Shown: piece by piece, positions 49,632 to 59,277 of the stretch | Layout: every line of letters starts with the position of its first letter | How positions within the stretch are numbered: position 1 is the stretch's first letter | Assembly (NCBI GenBank): GCA_963771075.1 | Contig: CAVYSE010000017.1 | Location: 32,001-96,000, forward strand | Length of the DNA: 64,000 nucleotides | Direction of reading: 5' to 3' | Source of the DNA: a candidate division FCPU426 bacterium | GTDB lineage: Bacteria > Oederibacteriota > Muellerivitia > Muellerivitales > Muellerivitaceae | Notes under the pieces: generated by a model | Told to the model about the DNA's origin: nothing | Database searches by the model: none | What the model saw: the letters and a program-made list of their open reading frames with translations, nothing else | Made by a program: the position numbers and the translations under genes

Positions 49632-50816
49632 CTATTGACCCATCGGAGGAAAGCTGGCGTCCACCAGGTCGATATCGATGCTGCCTATCACCAGACTGCT
49701 CTTGATCTTGACCGGAAAATGCCTCGGATCAGTCGATATCCATAGGTCGATATCTCCCGTGTTATGGAAAACCGTGTCTTCCTTTACGATCGGCCTCACC
49801 TTGAAACAATCGAAAGTCCCCGCCGGCACGGTAACGGACTCGCGGCCTCGCACTTCCACGATCAACTGGTAATTCTTTCCGCCCGATTGGGTGGGGATGG
49901 AGTAGGTCTTACCCACTTCGACGGGCAAAAGCCTGAAATAGTAAAAACAGGAGATCAAATCCTGGCTGAAGGGCGCCAGGGGTTTCGTCTCAGGGGGATC
50001 CTGTTTATGCTGATGCCAGAAGGTATGCCCGATCTGGTCATAAAGTTCCAGGTTGGAGGCGTGATAGCCCCCCTCGTTCACGTGATTCTCGAATTTCCAG
50101 GTCAAAAAATTCACCGAGTCGAAATAACTGCTTTGGACGTCCTTGACGGGAAAGAGGGCGCTGAACGGGAAAACGGAGTTGGCCCGGGCGGTCAGGACCA
50201 TACAGGGACGGCCTGCCACGGTGGTGTAGTTTTCCACCTCAAGGGTCGCGTAACCCCCCAGCATGGACAAGGCCCGCACCTCGAATTTCATTTTCTCACC
50301 CGGCCCGAAAGCTTGGTTGATCCTGGGTCGGGGAACCCGGGCGATGGAAAGATCCGGCACGGGGATAGTCGGCTGGGGCGAAAAGAGGCCATTGGTTTTC
50401 TCCTCTGGCGGACGGGTGCCGTTTGAAACTTGGCTTTTGGTTTTGGCCAGGGCAGGCAAATGGATGAGATCGGGTGATTCGTCCGGGTTTAAAATTTTGA
50501 GGCGGGTACCGGGTTTCAATTTTTTCTTGGGAGAGAGATGATTCCACTGGGCAATGGACCTGGCCTGGGAATCGTCCCCGAAAAACAATTCCGATACGGA
50601 ACTGAACGTTTCCCGGGGACGGGTTTTGAACATCACGATGACGGGGGCATCGATTTGCCGGGTCAAATCCTCCGCCACGGGGACGGAGGCTTGTTTACCC
50701 TTGTCCATTCGGGTACTGCCCTTGGCGACGAACAGAAGCGAACAGCCGGATAGGCCCATCATGGCGGAAGCCATCATCAGTGGAACCAAGGCCCGACAGG
50801 CCCCCCTTGAACTCAT
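49632..50816 (-). CDS. Lipoprotein with LysM-like and DUF3108-like domains
   Basis: LSGC lipobox; IAQWN..LKPGTRLKI; FGPGEKM, VTVPAGTFDC, LWISTD. Confidence 0.75.
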   Translation of the reverse strand: MSSRGACRALVPLMMASAMMGLSGCSLLFVAKGSTRMDKGKQASVPVAEDLTRQIDAPVIVMFKTRPRETFSSVSELFFGDDSQARSIAQWNHLSPKKKLKPGTRLKILNPDESPDLIHLPALAKTKSQVSNGTRPPEEKTNGLFSPQPTIPVPDLSIARVPRPRINQAFGPGEKMKFEVRALSMLGGYATLEVENYTTVAGRPCMVLTARANSVFPFSALFPVKDVQSSYFDSVNFLTWKFENHVNEGGYHASNLELYDQIGHTFWHQHKQDPPETKPLAPFSQDLISCFYYFRLLPVEVGKTYSIPTQSGGKNYQLIVEVRGRESVTVPAGTFDCFKVRPIVKEDTVFHNTGDIDLWISTDPRHFPVKIKSSLVIGSIDIDLVDASFPPMGQ

Positions 50817-51868
50817 CTTTTCATGCCCGCCTTTTGGAGGTGCTTGTTCACGGCCGCAAGGACGTCGGAAACGGTGATGTTATCCATCGGGTCATGCCGG
50901 GAACATTCCCCCCGGTCGCAATCCGCGCACCCCCCTTTTGGGGGTAATAATACGGTGGAATCGTTTCCCCAAGGTCCCCAACGCACCGGAGTCGTCGAGG
51001 GTATATTGCAAAAGAGTGAAACGGTCGGCGTTCCCGCCGCGGCGGCGATATGCATGGTGCCCGTCGAACCGGATAAAAAGCAGGAGGCCCCCTGGTAAAG
51101 CGCGGCCAGTTGTTTGAGGCCCAGTTCGCCGATCACCAAAACCGGCCTTTTTTCCAGGGGAAGACCCTCCAGGAAAGCCGTCACCTTCGATACCAGCGGA
51201 GTCTCTTCGGGCCCAGCGCTTAAGACGACGCGCAAGTTCTTCACGACCGCCAATTGCCGGATGGCCTCCCCATACCGTGCGGGGCTCCAGTTCAAGGATG
51301 AACCCCGGTGCCCGGGATGCACGACCACATATCGGGTCTTGGGATTGAGGCCCTTTTCTTGGAGGAATTCCTGGACAAAATCTTTATCTTTGGCCGAAAT
51401 TGGAAAATCAATTTTTTGGGCGAACCGGGTCACGCCTAGGGGTTTGGCCAGATCCAGGTTGAACTCCGCCTCATGCCGTTCACCGCCATGCCGGTGCACC
51501 GCTATCTTTTCGTTAAAAAGAAAACTGTACCAACGGTAAGCCGTTCCGATCCGACGGGGAATTCCCGCCAAGGCGGAGGCAAATGCGATTCCTGGGCGAG
51601 GATAAACGGCCAAAAAAACATCCGGTTTTACTCGTTTGAGACGGTTCGTGAGCGCCATCACACCTTCCCCTTTTTCGATTGTTTCCACCGAGTCCACCGC
51701 GGGATGCCCGTCGACGATTTCCCTCGTATAGGAACTGACCAGGGCGGTTAAGTGGGTTTGGGGAAATGCGGCCTTGAGGCTTTGAACCAGGGGAAGGGTC
51801 AAGATCAAATCGCCGATCTTGTCGGTTCGGGAGACGAGAATGTGTTTGGGAGGAGTCTTTAGGTTCAT
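50813..51868 (-). CDS. Glycosyltransferase family 9 (LPS heptosyltransferase)
   Basis: DKIGDLILTLP, VHPG, STGTMHIAAAAGTP, RWGP. Confidence 0.9.
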   Translation of the reverse strand: MNLKTPPKHILVSRTDKIGDLILTLPLVQSLKAAFPQTHLTALVSSYTREIVDGHPAVDSVETIEKGEGVMALTNRLKRVKPDVFLAVYPRPGIAFASALAGIPRRIGTAYRWYSFLFNEKIAVHRHGGERHEAEFNLDLAKPLGVTRFAQKIDFPISAKDKDFVQEFLQEKGLNPKTRYVVVHPGHRGSSLNWSPARYGEAIRQLAVVKNLRVVLSAGPEETPLVSKVTAFLEGLPLEKRPVLVIGELGLKQLAALYQGASCFLSGSTGTMHIAAAAGTPTVSLFCNIPSTTPVRWGPWGNDSTVLLPPKGGCADCDRGECSRHDPMDNITVSDVLAAVNKHLQKAGMKR

Positions 51869-52365
51869 CAATGTTTGGGTTGGGCAGGCCCATACTTGCG
51901 TAATATTTCACCGATGAGATTTTTTGAAGCGTGGTCTTTCGGATCGCCTACCACCTTCACCTGGCCTCCATAGGAAGCCACGGTATCCCTCTCCGGCACC
52001 GTTTCGGGCGTATAGTCGGTGCCCTTGGCATGAATATCGGGTTTTAATTTAAGAAGCAAAGGCGTCACCGTGTCGTCATCAAAGGCGGTGACGAAATCCA
52101 CCATTTCAAAAGCGGAGAGGACACCCAGGCGGTCCTCCAAAGGGAGCAGGGGCCGCTCGGGCCCTTTCAACCGGCGGATGGAGTCGTCGGAATTCAAGGC
52201 CAGGACCATCACATCCCCCAGGGCTTTCGCCCCCCGCAGGTAGCGCACGTGGCCCACGTGCAAAAGGTCGAAACAGCCGTTGGTAAAAACGACCCTTTGG
52301 CCTTTAGCTTTCAGGGCGGCGATCTTTTGGGAAAGTTCTTCATGATTTAAGACCACTTCAGCCAT
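51868..52365 (-). CDS. RfaE2-type heptose-1-phosphate adenylyltransferase (stand-alone)
   Basis: FTNGCFDLLHVGH, ALNSDDS, HAKGTDY. Confidence 0.9.
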   Translation of the reverse strand: MAEVVLNHEELSQKIAALKAKGQRVVFTNGCFDLLHVGHVRYLRGAKALGDVMVLALNSDDSIRRLKGPERPLLPLEDRLGVLSAFEMVDFVTAFDDDTVTPLLLKLKPDIHAKGTDYTPETVPERDTVASYGGQVKVVGDPKDHASKNLIGEILRKYGPAQPKH

Positions 52366-52375
52366 GGATTTTTCC

Positions 52376-53386
52376 TTATCTGGGTTTCAAGGCCTTGAGG
52401 ATCTCCTCCGGCGACGTGGTTGCGGTTCCCCGCTTGCCCACCACAATCCCCGCGGCAACCGTGGCCAAGGCCCCGGCGGTTAAAAGATCGGCGCCCGAGG
52501 CCAAAGCCAAGGTCGCGGTCACCGCCACGGTGTCGCCCGCCCCGGTTGGATCGACGGGTTGATCCGCCCCAAAAACGGGTAGATGCATCTTCTCGTTTAG
52601 TTCCCCAAATAAGGCCATCCCTTGGGGCCCTTGCGTGATGAGCACCCGACAGCCCAATCTTTCTTGCAGGGCACGGCCCGCCTTTTGAAGGCTATCCTCA
52701 TCCACGATTTCGATTCCCGCGGCGGGACCGGCTTCCGCCACATTGGGAGTGATCAGGCTGGCTCCCACATAATCACCCAGGTGATAGCGGGAATCGACCG
52801 TGATGATCTTGCCAGCGAAGGCGGAAAGGAGTGAGCGTCGAACCGCTTCGGTCATGACACCCAGCCCATAATCGGAAATGAGCAGGGCGTCCATCTTGGG
52901 AGCCAAAGCGGTGATGCGCCCCACCAGCTTGGCCTCAACGGCCCTGGAAACGTCCATATCTTCCAGCTTGTCGATGCGGATGACCTGTTGTTTGGCGGTA
53001 TGGTGCGCACCCGCCATGATGCGGCTCTTGACGGTAGTGTGGCGGTGCTTCACCGTAAGAATGCCGGTGGTATCGACCCCTTTTCCCTTGAAATATTGGA
53101 GAAGTTGGGCGCCCTGAGCATCCTCTCCCACAACACCCAAGGGGAAAACCTGGGATTTCAAATCCGAGGCGTTATTGGCGGCGTTGGCGGCCCCGCCCGG
53201 GGTCAAGTCAGTATGGGTATAGCGCAGAATGAGGACTGGAGCCTCGCGGGAAATACGGTCGGTATCCCCGTAAATGGCCTCATCCACCACCAAATCCCCA
53301 GCCACCATTAACTTCACCTTGGCCATTTTTTTCAGGAGACCGGGACAGCGGGAAGCGAAGTTGGGGGGGAAGTAGGTTTTTTTCAC
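52376..53386 (-). CDS. Second RfaE1/HldE-like PfkB kinase
   Basis: RISREAPV, PGGAANAA, TTVKSRI, DPTGAGDT. Confidence 0.85.
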   Translation of the reverse strand: MKKTYFPPNFASRCPGLLKKMAKVKLMVAGDLVVDEAIYGDTDRISREAPVLILRYTHTDLTPGGAANAANNASDLKSQVFPLGVVGEDAQGAQLLQYFKGKGVDTTGILTVKHRHTTVKSRIMAGAHHTAKQQVIRIDKLEDMDVSRAVEAKLVGRITALAPKMDALLISDYGLGVMTEAVRRSLLSAFAGKIITVDSRYHLGDYVGASLITPNVAEAGPAAGIEIVDEDSLQKAGRALQERLGCRVLITQGPQGMALFGELNEKMHLPVFGADQPVDPTGAGDTVAVTATLALASGADLLTAGALATVAAGIVVGKRGTATTSPEEILKALKPR

Positions 53387-53973
53387 GCTTGTTCCCTTAG
53401 GCGGATGATCTTTTTCGCGGCCTGGAGCAGGTTGGACGCGACCCAGGTTCGGGGCACCGGTTTACTTTTTAATTCTTTTTCGCTTGTCCGGCCATTCCCG
53501 GTTCGAACCAGGATTCCTCCCGCTAAGCGGGCATTTACGGAAAGCATCAGGTCGTCCATTTTATCGCCCACCATGAAACTCCTCTTCAAATCGATGGGTA
53601 GAGACTTGAGTGCTTGTTTTACCATGCCTGTTTTCGGTTTCCGGCAATGACAAACCCGGCTGAAGGATTTTACTTTTCCCCCGGGGTAATGGGGACAATA
53701 AAAGAACGCATCGGGGGCGGCTTTTTGTTTTAACAAGTCCCCTTTGATCTGGGTGTGTATGATTTTGATGTCATTTTCGGCGAAATAGCCCCGCGCCACG
53801 CCCGATTGATTGGTGACAACAACTAAAAGAAAACCTGCCTTTTTAAGCAGCTTGAGGGCTTCCACGGTGTTTGAAAAATAATCGATCTTTTTCGGGTCAC
53901 TTAAGTATCCCTTGTCATGAATGATTGTGCCGTCCCTATCGAGAAAAACAGCGGGCCTAAGCTTGGATTTCAC
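53383..53973 (-). CDS. gmhB: Heptose-1,7-bisphosphate phosphatase
   Basis: FLDRDGT, TNQSGVARG, CPH..CHCRKP, GDK. Confidence 0.9.
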   Translation of the reverse strand: MKSKLRPAVFLDRDGTIIHDKGYLSDPKKIDYFSNTVEALKLLKKAGFLLVVVTNQSGVARGYFAENDIKIIHTQIKGDLLKQKAAPDAFFYCPHYPGGKVKSFSRVCHCRKPKTGMVKQALKSLPIDLKRSFMVGDKMDDLMLSVNARLAGGILVRTGNGRTSEKELKSKPVPRTWVASNLLQAAKKIIRLREQA

Positions 53974-55775
53974 TCTTTAGCCTCGTTGGCGTTTCCCGGC
54001 GTGCGAAACTGCATCTTGTAGAGCTTGGCGTAAAGGCCGCCCTTGGCCAGCAGGGCGGAATGCTTCCCCTGTTCCACAATACGGCCTTTGTCGATGACCA
54101 TGATACGATTCGCCCGGCGCACGGTGGAAAGACGGTGAGCAATGACCAGGGTCGTGCGGGTACCCATAAGTCCGTTGAGGGCCTTCTGGACCAGATGTTC
54201 ACTTTGGGTATCGAGGGCGGAAGTAGCCTCATCCAGGATCATGAGTGGAGGGTCTTTTAAAAGGGCGCGGGCGATTGCGAGACGCTGGCGCTGTCCACCC
54301 GAAAGTTTCACTCCTCGGTCGCCCACCAGGGTATTGAACCCCTGGGGAGTATTGTCGATAAATTCCTTGGCGAAAGCGCCCTTGGCCGCTTCCTGCACGT
54401 CCCAAAATGTTGCGCCGGGACGGCCATAGGCGATGTTCTTCTGGATGCTGTCATGGAAGAGAATAGTTTCCTGGGTAACGATGCCAATATGGGAGCGTAG
54501 ACTTTCAATCTTGATCTTGGACAGATCTTTTCCATCCCAAAGAATCTGGCCTTCGGTGGGCTGATAAAAGCGTGGGATAAGGTCTACCAAGGTGGTTTTG
54601 CCCCCGCCGGAGGGCCCAACCAGAGCCAGCACTTCGCCTTTTTTGAGGGTAAAGGAAATATTCCGCAGCACGGGATGGCCGGGCAGGTAATGGAAGCTGA
54701 CGTTTTTAAACTCCAGCCCCTTTTTGAGGGGTGCGACCTCCACCGCCCCCGAGGCATCGGCCAAGGGGTCCTTCGTATCTAATATCTCGAAACAGCGCTC
54801 AGCCGAGGCCATGGCATGCTGGAGCCCGGACCAAAGCCCGTTAAAATTTTTCAGCTGGGGATATAGTGTTCCCGTGGCGCCAAAAAAGGCCACAAATTGA
54901 CCCACAGTCATGTCGTGCGGGGGAAATAGCGCGCGATAAGCCAGCCAGACGATCAAGCCTAAAAGGGAGAGGGTGGCCAGGGTTTCCACGATGGGGGAGG
55001 AGGCCGCGAAAGCCTGGATAGATTTCATGGCGGTGGACATGAATTGATCATTCGTCTTCTCAAACTTATTTTTCTCGTATTTCTCCATTCCAAAAGCTTT
55101 CACGACCCGGATGCCCGCAAGTGTTTCATGAACCTGGGAATTTAAATCCGCCAGGTATTGCTGGCCGTCCCCGGAAGCACGGCGAATTCTGCGGCCAAAA
55201 CGGTAAATGGGAAAAAGCGCGAATGGAAAAAAGACAAGCGCTAGAACCGCCAGTTTCCAATCGAGATAAACCAGGACGCCCACCAGTGAAAGTGCGGTGA
55301 GAGTGGAGGTAAGCCCTCCACCGACCACGTTGGGGATGGAATCCTGCAAGACTTGGACATCCGAGGTTATCCGGGCTGCCAAGGCACCGGTACGCTGGGA
55401 ATTGAAATAGCTCATGGGCAAAGTCAAAAAATGCCCATAAAGATTATTGCGAAGCTTTTGGATGACATGCTGGCCGATGTAACCAATGAAATAAGCCTGG
55501 CCATATCCGGATAGGGCACGTAGGACCGCCGCAAGGAAAGTAATGGGTAGGGTAACCGCCCAAAGGGTTCGAAAAGTTTCCTCTGGATGGTCGGTAACAA
55601 TAAAAGCCCCATTGATGATTGGCTTCAATTGATACATGACGTATCCGGTGGCAAGCGCGGAAAGGATCATGCAAAGCCACATGAGGTAAACCCGGCCCTG
55701 AAATTCCTTGGCATAGGACAGGAGACGGAAGTAAAGCTTGAATGAGTCTTTTTTCGGGGCGGTCACGGAGGCCAC
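53970..55775 (-). CDS. msbA: Lipid A flippase-type ABC transporter
   Basis: TMD plus NBD; GPSGGGKTT, LSGGQRQR, ILDEATSALD; LPS gene context. Confidence 0.85.
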   Translation of the reverse strand: MASVTAPKKDSFKLYFRLLSYAKEFQGRVYLMWLCMILSALATGYVMYQLKPIINGAFIVTDHPEETFRTLWAVTLPITFLAAVLRALSGYGQAYFIGYIGQHVIQKLRNNLYGHFLTLPMSYFNSQRTGALAARITSDVQVLQDSIPNVVGGGLTSTLTALSLVGVLVYLDWKLAVLALVFFPFALFPIYRFGRRIRRASGDGQQYLADLNSQVHETLAGIRVVKAFGMEKYEKNKFEKTNDQFMSTAMKSIQAFAASSPIVETLATLSLLGLIVWLAYRALFPPHDMTVGQFVAFFGATGTLYPQLKNFNGLWSGLQHAMASAERCFEILDTKDPLADASGAVEVAPLKKGLEFKNVSFHYLPGHPVLRNISFTLKKGEVLALVGPSGGGKTTLVDLIPRFYQPTEGQILWDGKDLSKIKIESLRSHIGIVTQETILFHDSIQKNIAYGRPGATFWDVQEAAKGAFAKEFIDNTPQGFNTLVGDRGVKLSGGQRQRLAIARALLKDPPLMILDEATSALDTQSEHLVQKALNGLMGTRTTLVIAHRLSTVRRANRIMVIDKGRIVEQGKHSALLAKGGLYAKLYKMQFRTPGNANEAKE

Positions 55776-55895
55776 TTGTTTCCTTGATGAAACAAAAAGG
55801 CCCGGGCTTTTTAGCCCGGGCTTTCTAATAACAAACCTATTTTACCGAAGGGACCTCGCGATGGGTGCAAAAACCCTTCCCACGGTCCCGGAAGC

Positions 55896-56960
55896 TTAGT
55901 GGGACGTTTGCACATCCACCTTAAACGTGGGCATTTCGTTATCGTTGGTATTGACCACCACTTCATCTTTCCCATCGCTGTCTTTGGGGATGCTTTTCAC
56001 CGGAAGGATGCTCAATTGATAGCTCACCGTACCGTCAGGATTGTTCACCGATTTGATCGAAGGACGGCATAGGTGCTTTTCCGTGGAAACGCTTCTTACC
56101 GCAAAACCCTGGGGAGGATTGGCGGTTATATTGACGAACACCGGCTGTTCCTGACGGGGAGCGAAATAAACGTTCTTGGGGCTCCATTGAACCCGCCCCA
56201 CGACCTCCCCCATGACCTGGATTTCGATTTCAGGTTTCTTGAGGTCATCGGTCTTGACCACCACGTTATCCGATATACTGCCGATGGGCTGGGTGGCCGG
56301 AAGAACCACATTCAAGGTGACTCCCATTCGTTTATTCGTCCCGTCCCCTTCCGAATAGGGGGCGGACGTGACCGCGACCACCTTATTGTTGGAAGTAACG
56401 GAAAGGATATTCAGCTTTTTCCCGGGCTTGCCCAAGATCTTGACTTGAGTGTCTTTTTCCTCGCCATGCTTGACCGCGTAAAGATAAACCCGGTCCGGAG
56501 TGACGTCGATCTCACGAACGACGGTCATGTCGATTTTCACCTGGAAATTGGGGTTCGTCGGGTCGTTGGAGGTCACGGTAATGATCTTGGTAGCGTGCCC
56601 CGGGCGGCCTGAGGTGTGGTAAGTTACCTTGATGGTGCCTTTTCCCCCTGGCGCGATATCTTTTTTGTCACCCACGGCCGCCGTGCAACCGCAGGAGGTT
56701 CCCACGTTGTTGATATGCAGGGTGGATTTTCCGCGGTTATGAAAAACGAACTCATGCGTGATATCCGGCCCTTCTTCCACGTCGCCGAAATTGAAGGCTG
56801 TTTCCTTGAAAACGATCTTGGGTGCCATCGCCGCCGAAATTGTTGGTGTGGGCACAGGTTGATCTGGAGCCACTGCCCCCGGCGCAGAGGCCGGGGTACC
56901 ATCGGCCGAAACTAAAAGAGGCAGGGTAAAGGCAAAGGCTAAAAACAATAATTGGCGCAT
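55896..56960 (-). CDS. Secreted DUF1573-domain protein
   Basis: Signal peptide; FNFG, TSCGCT, IAPG, VTSNDP. Confidence 0.8.
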   Translation of the reverse strand: MRQLLFLAFAFTLPLLVSADGTPASAPGAVAPDQPVPTPTISAAMAPKIVFKETAFNFGDVEEGPDITHEFVFHNRGKSTLHINNVGTSCGCTAAVGDKKDIAPGGKGTIKVTYHTSGRPGHATKIITVTSNDPTNPNFQVKIDMTVVREIDVTPDRVYLYAVKHGEEKDTQVKILGKPGKKLNILSVTSNNKVVAVTSAPYSEGDGTNKRMGVTLNVVLPATQPIGSISDNVVVKTDDLKKPEIEIQVMGEVVGRVQWSPKNVYFAPRQEQPVFVNITANPPQGFAVRSVSTEKHLCRPSIKSVNNPDGTVSYQLSILPVKSIPKDSDGKDEVVVNTNDNEMPTFKVDVQTSH

Positions 56961-57068
56961 GGTATTTCCTCCGAAATAATAACGGGAAAAAATCAACGGA
57001 AGTTTAGCAAAAATCAAACCTTTTTGCCCCTCAAAAATCCGAGCGGCCTGAAATCCCGACCCAATACC

Positions 57069-58010
57069 CTAAGGATGCACCGAAAAAACGCCCGGACAGA
57101 CAGCCAACGCCAAAATAACACCAAAGATAAACCAAACCCACCGGGAGGCCGGACTTTTATCCAAAACCTGGCGTCGAAAACCCTCCAAGCCCACTCCCGC
57201 CCATAACTGCAAAAGCCATCCGTAAGCCTGGTCATCCACCGAAAAAGGGGTGTAGAAAGGCGCCCAAAGAAAATAACCCAGGGTGACCCAAAACAAACTA
57301 GATGCGGCCGCTCGTTCTCTTCCCCTGCCAGGAAGTATCGACCAGCCAAACAAGCCAAGTATCAGAAAAATAAAAATCCTTTTTTGAAAAAGAATCTCAT
57401 AAAGGCCCAATTCATTCCAAGTTAAGTGGCTCCAAGCCTTTTGGGAAACGGTCAAAATCGCGAGGCAGATGATTCCCGCCGCACAAGCCCAACTTTTCGC
57501 CCGCACCCGGCTTCGGGAAAAACCCAGGAAAGCCAGAACCAAGGGGATAGAACTATTCCAAACCATTCCCAAACCGATCCAAAGAGGGGAAAGAAGAAAG
57601 GCCAGTTTTTTCCCGTCACGAACCGCGAGGATCAGGAGAAGCCAAACCAAATAAAGAATTGCCCATAGCCAAGCCCGATGGTCCATGGTTTCGCATAAAT
57701 TCCATTGGAAGCGGGAAAGGCCCAGCCAGAGAAGCGGAAAAAATCCCATCCAGGAATTGGCGGACCGATCCACCCAAGAATAAAAAATAGCGGCCCCGGC
57801 CAAAAGCGGGATGCCTTTAAAAGTTACGGCCCAGGAAAAGAAAATTCCGAAGTGGAATTGCCACACCTGCAGAAAAAACCAGGCGAGGAGGCCGGCGCAA
57901 AACCAAGGAATGGCCTTGCGATGCCATTGAAATTTTAAACGAGGTCGCGTAGCCGGAATTTCCGTTTGGTTCATTTCCTGAAATTGTAACAAGCCAAAAG
58001 ACCGCCCCAT
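57069..58010 (-). CDS. Hypothetical polytopic membrane protein; start uncertain
   Basis: 313-aa hydrophobic Trp/Leu-rich ORF. Confidence 0.6.
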   Translation of the reverse strand: MGRSFGLLQFQEMNQTEIPATRPRLKFQWHRKAIPWFCAGLLAWFFLQVWQFHFGIFFSWAVTFKGIPLLAGAAIFYSWVDRSANSWMGFFPLLWLGLSRFQWNLCETMDHRAWLWAILYLVWLLLILAVRDGKKLAFLLSPLWIGLGMVWNSSIPLVLAFLGFSRSRVRAKSWACAAGIICLAILTVSQKAWSHLTWNELGLYEILFQKRIFIFLILGLFGWSILPGRGRERAAASSLFWVTLGYFLWAPFYTPFSVDDQAYGWLLQLWAGVGLEGFRRQVLDKSPASRWVWFIFGVILALAVCPGVFSVHP

Positions 58011-58102
58011 AGCGGAATCAATTAGGCCAATTCTCTACTTGGCGTGTTTAACTCCGGAAAATGTTTTGATTTAAGGGAAGCCAGGTTGTTAATATACACC
58101 GC

Positions 58103-59257
58103 ATGAAAAAGTTACTCCTTCTTTGCCTTTTCCTTTGGGGGTTCGCTTGCTTCCCATCTTCGGCCCAAGACGCCCATAGCATGGCGATCGGAGGGGCCTC
58201 AACCTCAGCCCCGATGGATGTGTTCGCCATGATTTGGAATCCCTCCTTAATCGCCCTTCCAGGCAATCCCACTTCCTGGACCCTGGCCTCCGGTTATTCG
58301 GCCTTTGATACAAGTAATTCCAATACGCCCATCCTGAGACTGAACCAGGACGAAGCCATACAATCCGCCGTGGATCCGGTGAACCGCTATCAGGATTACA
58401 CTGGGTTGTTCGCTGTTCGTTATTTTACGGGCGAGGGAGGTGTTCTTTTCGACCAAAGCCTGAATACCCAAACCTCGCAGAGCGCCTACCAGTTTTTTCA
58501 AGATCGATCAAACGGTTTACCTATTAACGGACAAACATATACCAACCTCAATTACCAAGAAACCGAACAACAGATAGCCAGTCTGATCCTTAGCTACGGA
58601 CAATCCCTTCCTTTCGGAACGATGCCGGTTTATGTTGGTGGAAGCTTGAAATATGAGGATGGGATTCAATACCTGCAAAATTCATTGACGGGTAATTATA
58701 CCCAGGGCGTGACGACCGTCGGCTATCAATACACTCGAACAACCTCATCGAATGGTCTGGGTTTAAGCATCGACGCGGGTTTCCTGGCCCAGCTTACCGA
58801 TTCCCTACAACTGGGCATGATGTTTGAGAACATTCAATCGAATTTTAGTTGGACGGCCACCCAGCAAACCATCGCTTTAAATCAAACGAACGGCCAGGAA
58901 ATTGTCACCTCCACCGTGCCCAACCAAACGATTGTCGCCAACCTTCCCTATATCACCCGCCTGGGGCTAACGGCTGATCCCCAAGGTAAAAACATTTATC
59001 TGATTGGAGAAGTGGAATGGGCGCCGAATCAAACCAACTGGAAATTCGGCCTGGAGCGGTATTACCCGGAGAACAACATGGTCGTGAGGTTTGGAACCTT
59101 CTATGACAACATCTCCCAATCCCAGTTATATAGCTTCGGCTGGGGAGTCTTGACCAAGGTTTTTACCCTGGATATAGCATTCGAAACCCGCAGCCTCCCC
59201 GCTATTCAAGATTCCATCGCGGTAGGAGGCGCCTTGGACGCCGAAGTTAGGTTCTAA
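58103..59257 (+). CDS. Outer-membrane beta-barrel (FadL/TraF/PorV-like)
   Basis: Signal peptide; AHSMAIGGA..AMIWNPS N-terminal plug motif; C-terminal Phe. Confidence 0.7.
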   Translation: MKKLLLLCLFLWGFACFPSSAQDAHSMAIGGASTSAPMDVFAMIWNPSLIALPGNPTSWTLASGYSAFDTSNSNTPILRLNQDEAIQSAVDPVNRYQDYTGLFAVRYFTGEGGVLFDQSLNTQTSQSAYQFFQDRSNGLPINGQTYTNLNYQETEQQIASLILSYGQSLPFGTMPVYVGGSLKYEDGIQYLQNSLTGNYTQGVTTVGYQYTRTTSSNGLGLSIDAGFLAQLTDSLQLGMMFENIQSNFSWTATQQTIALNQTNGQEIVTSTVPNQTIVANLPYITRLGLTADPQGKNIYLIGEVEWAPNQTNWKFGLERYYPENNMVVRFGTFYDNISQSQLYSFGWGVLTKVFTLDIAFETRSLPAIQDSIAVGGALDAEVRF

Positions 59258-59277
59258 CGCCTAAATTAAGTTTCATT

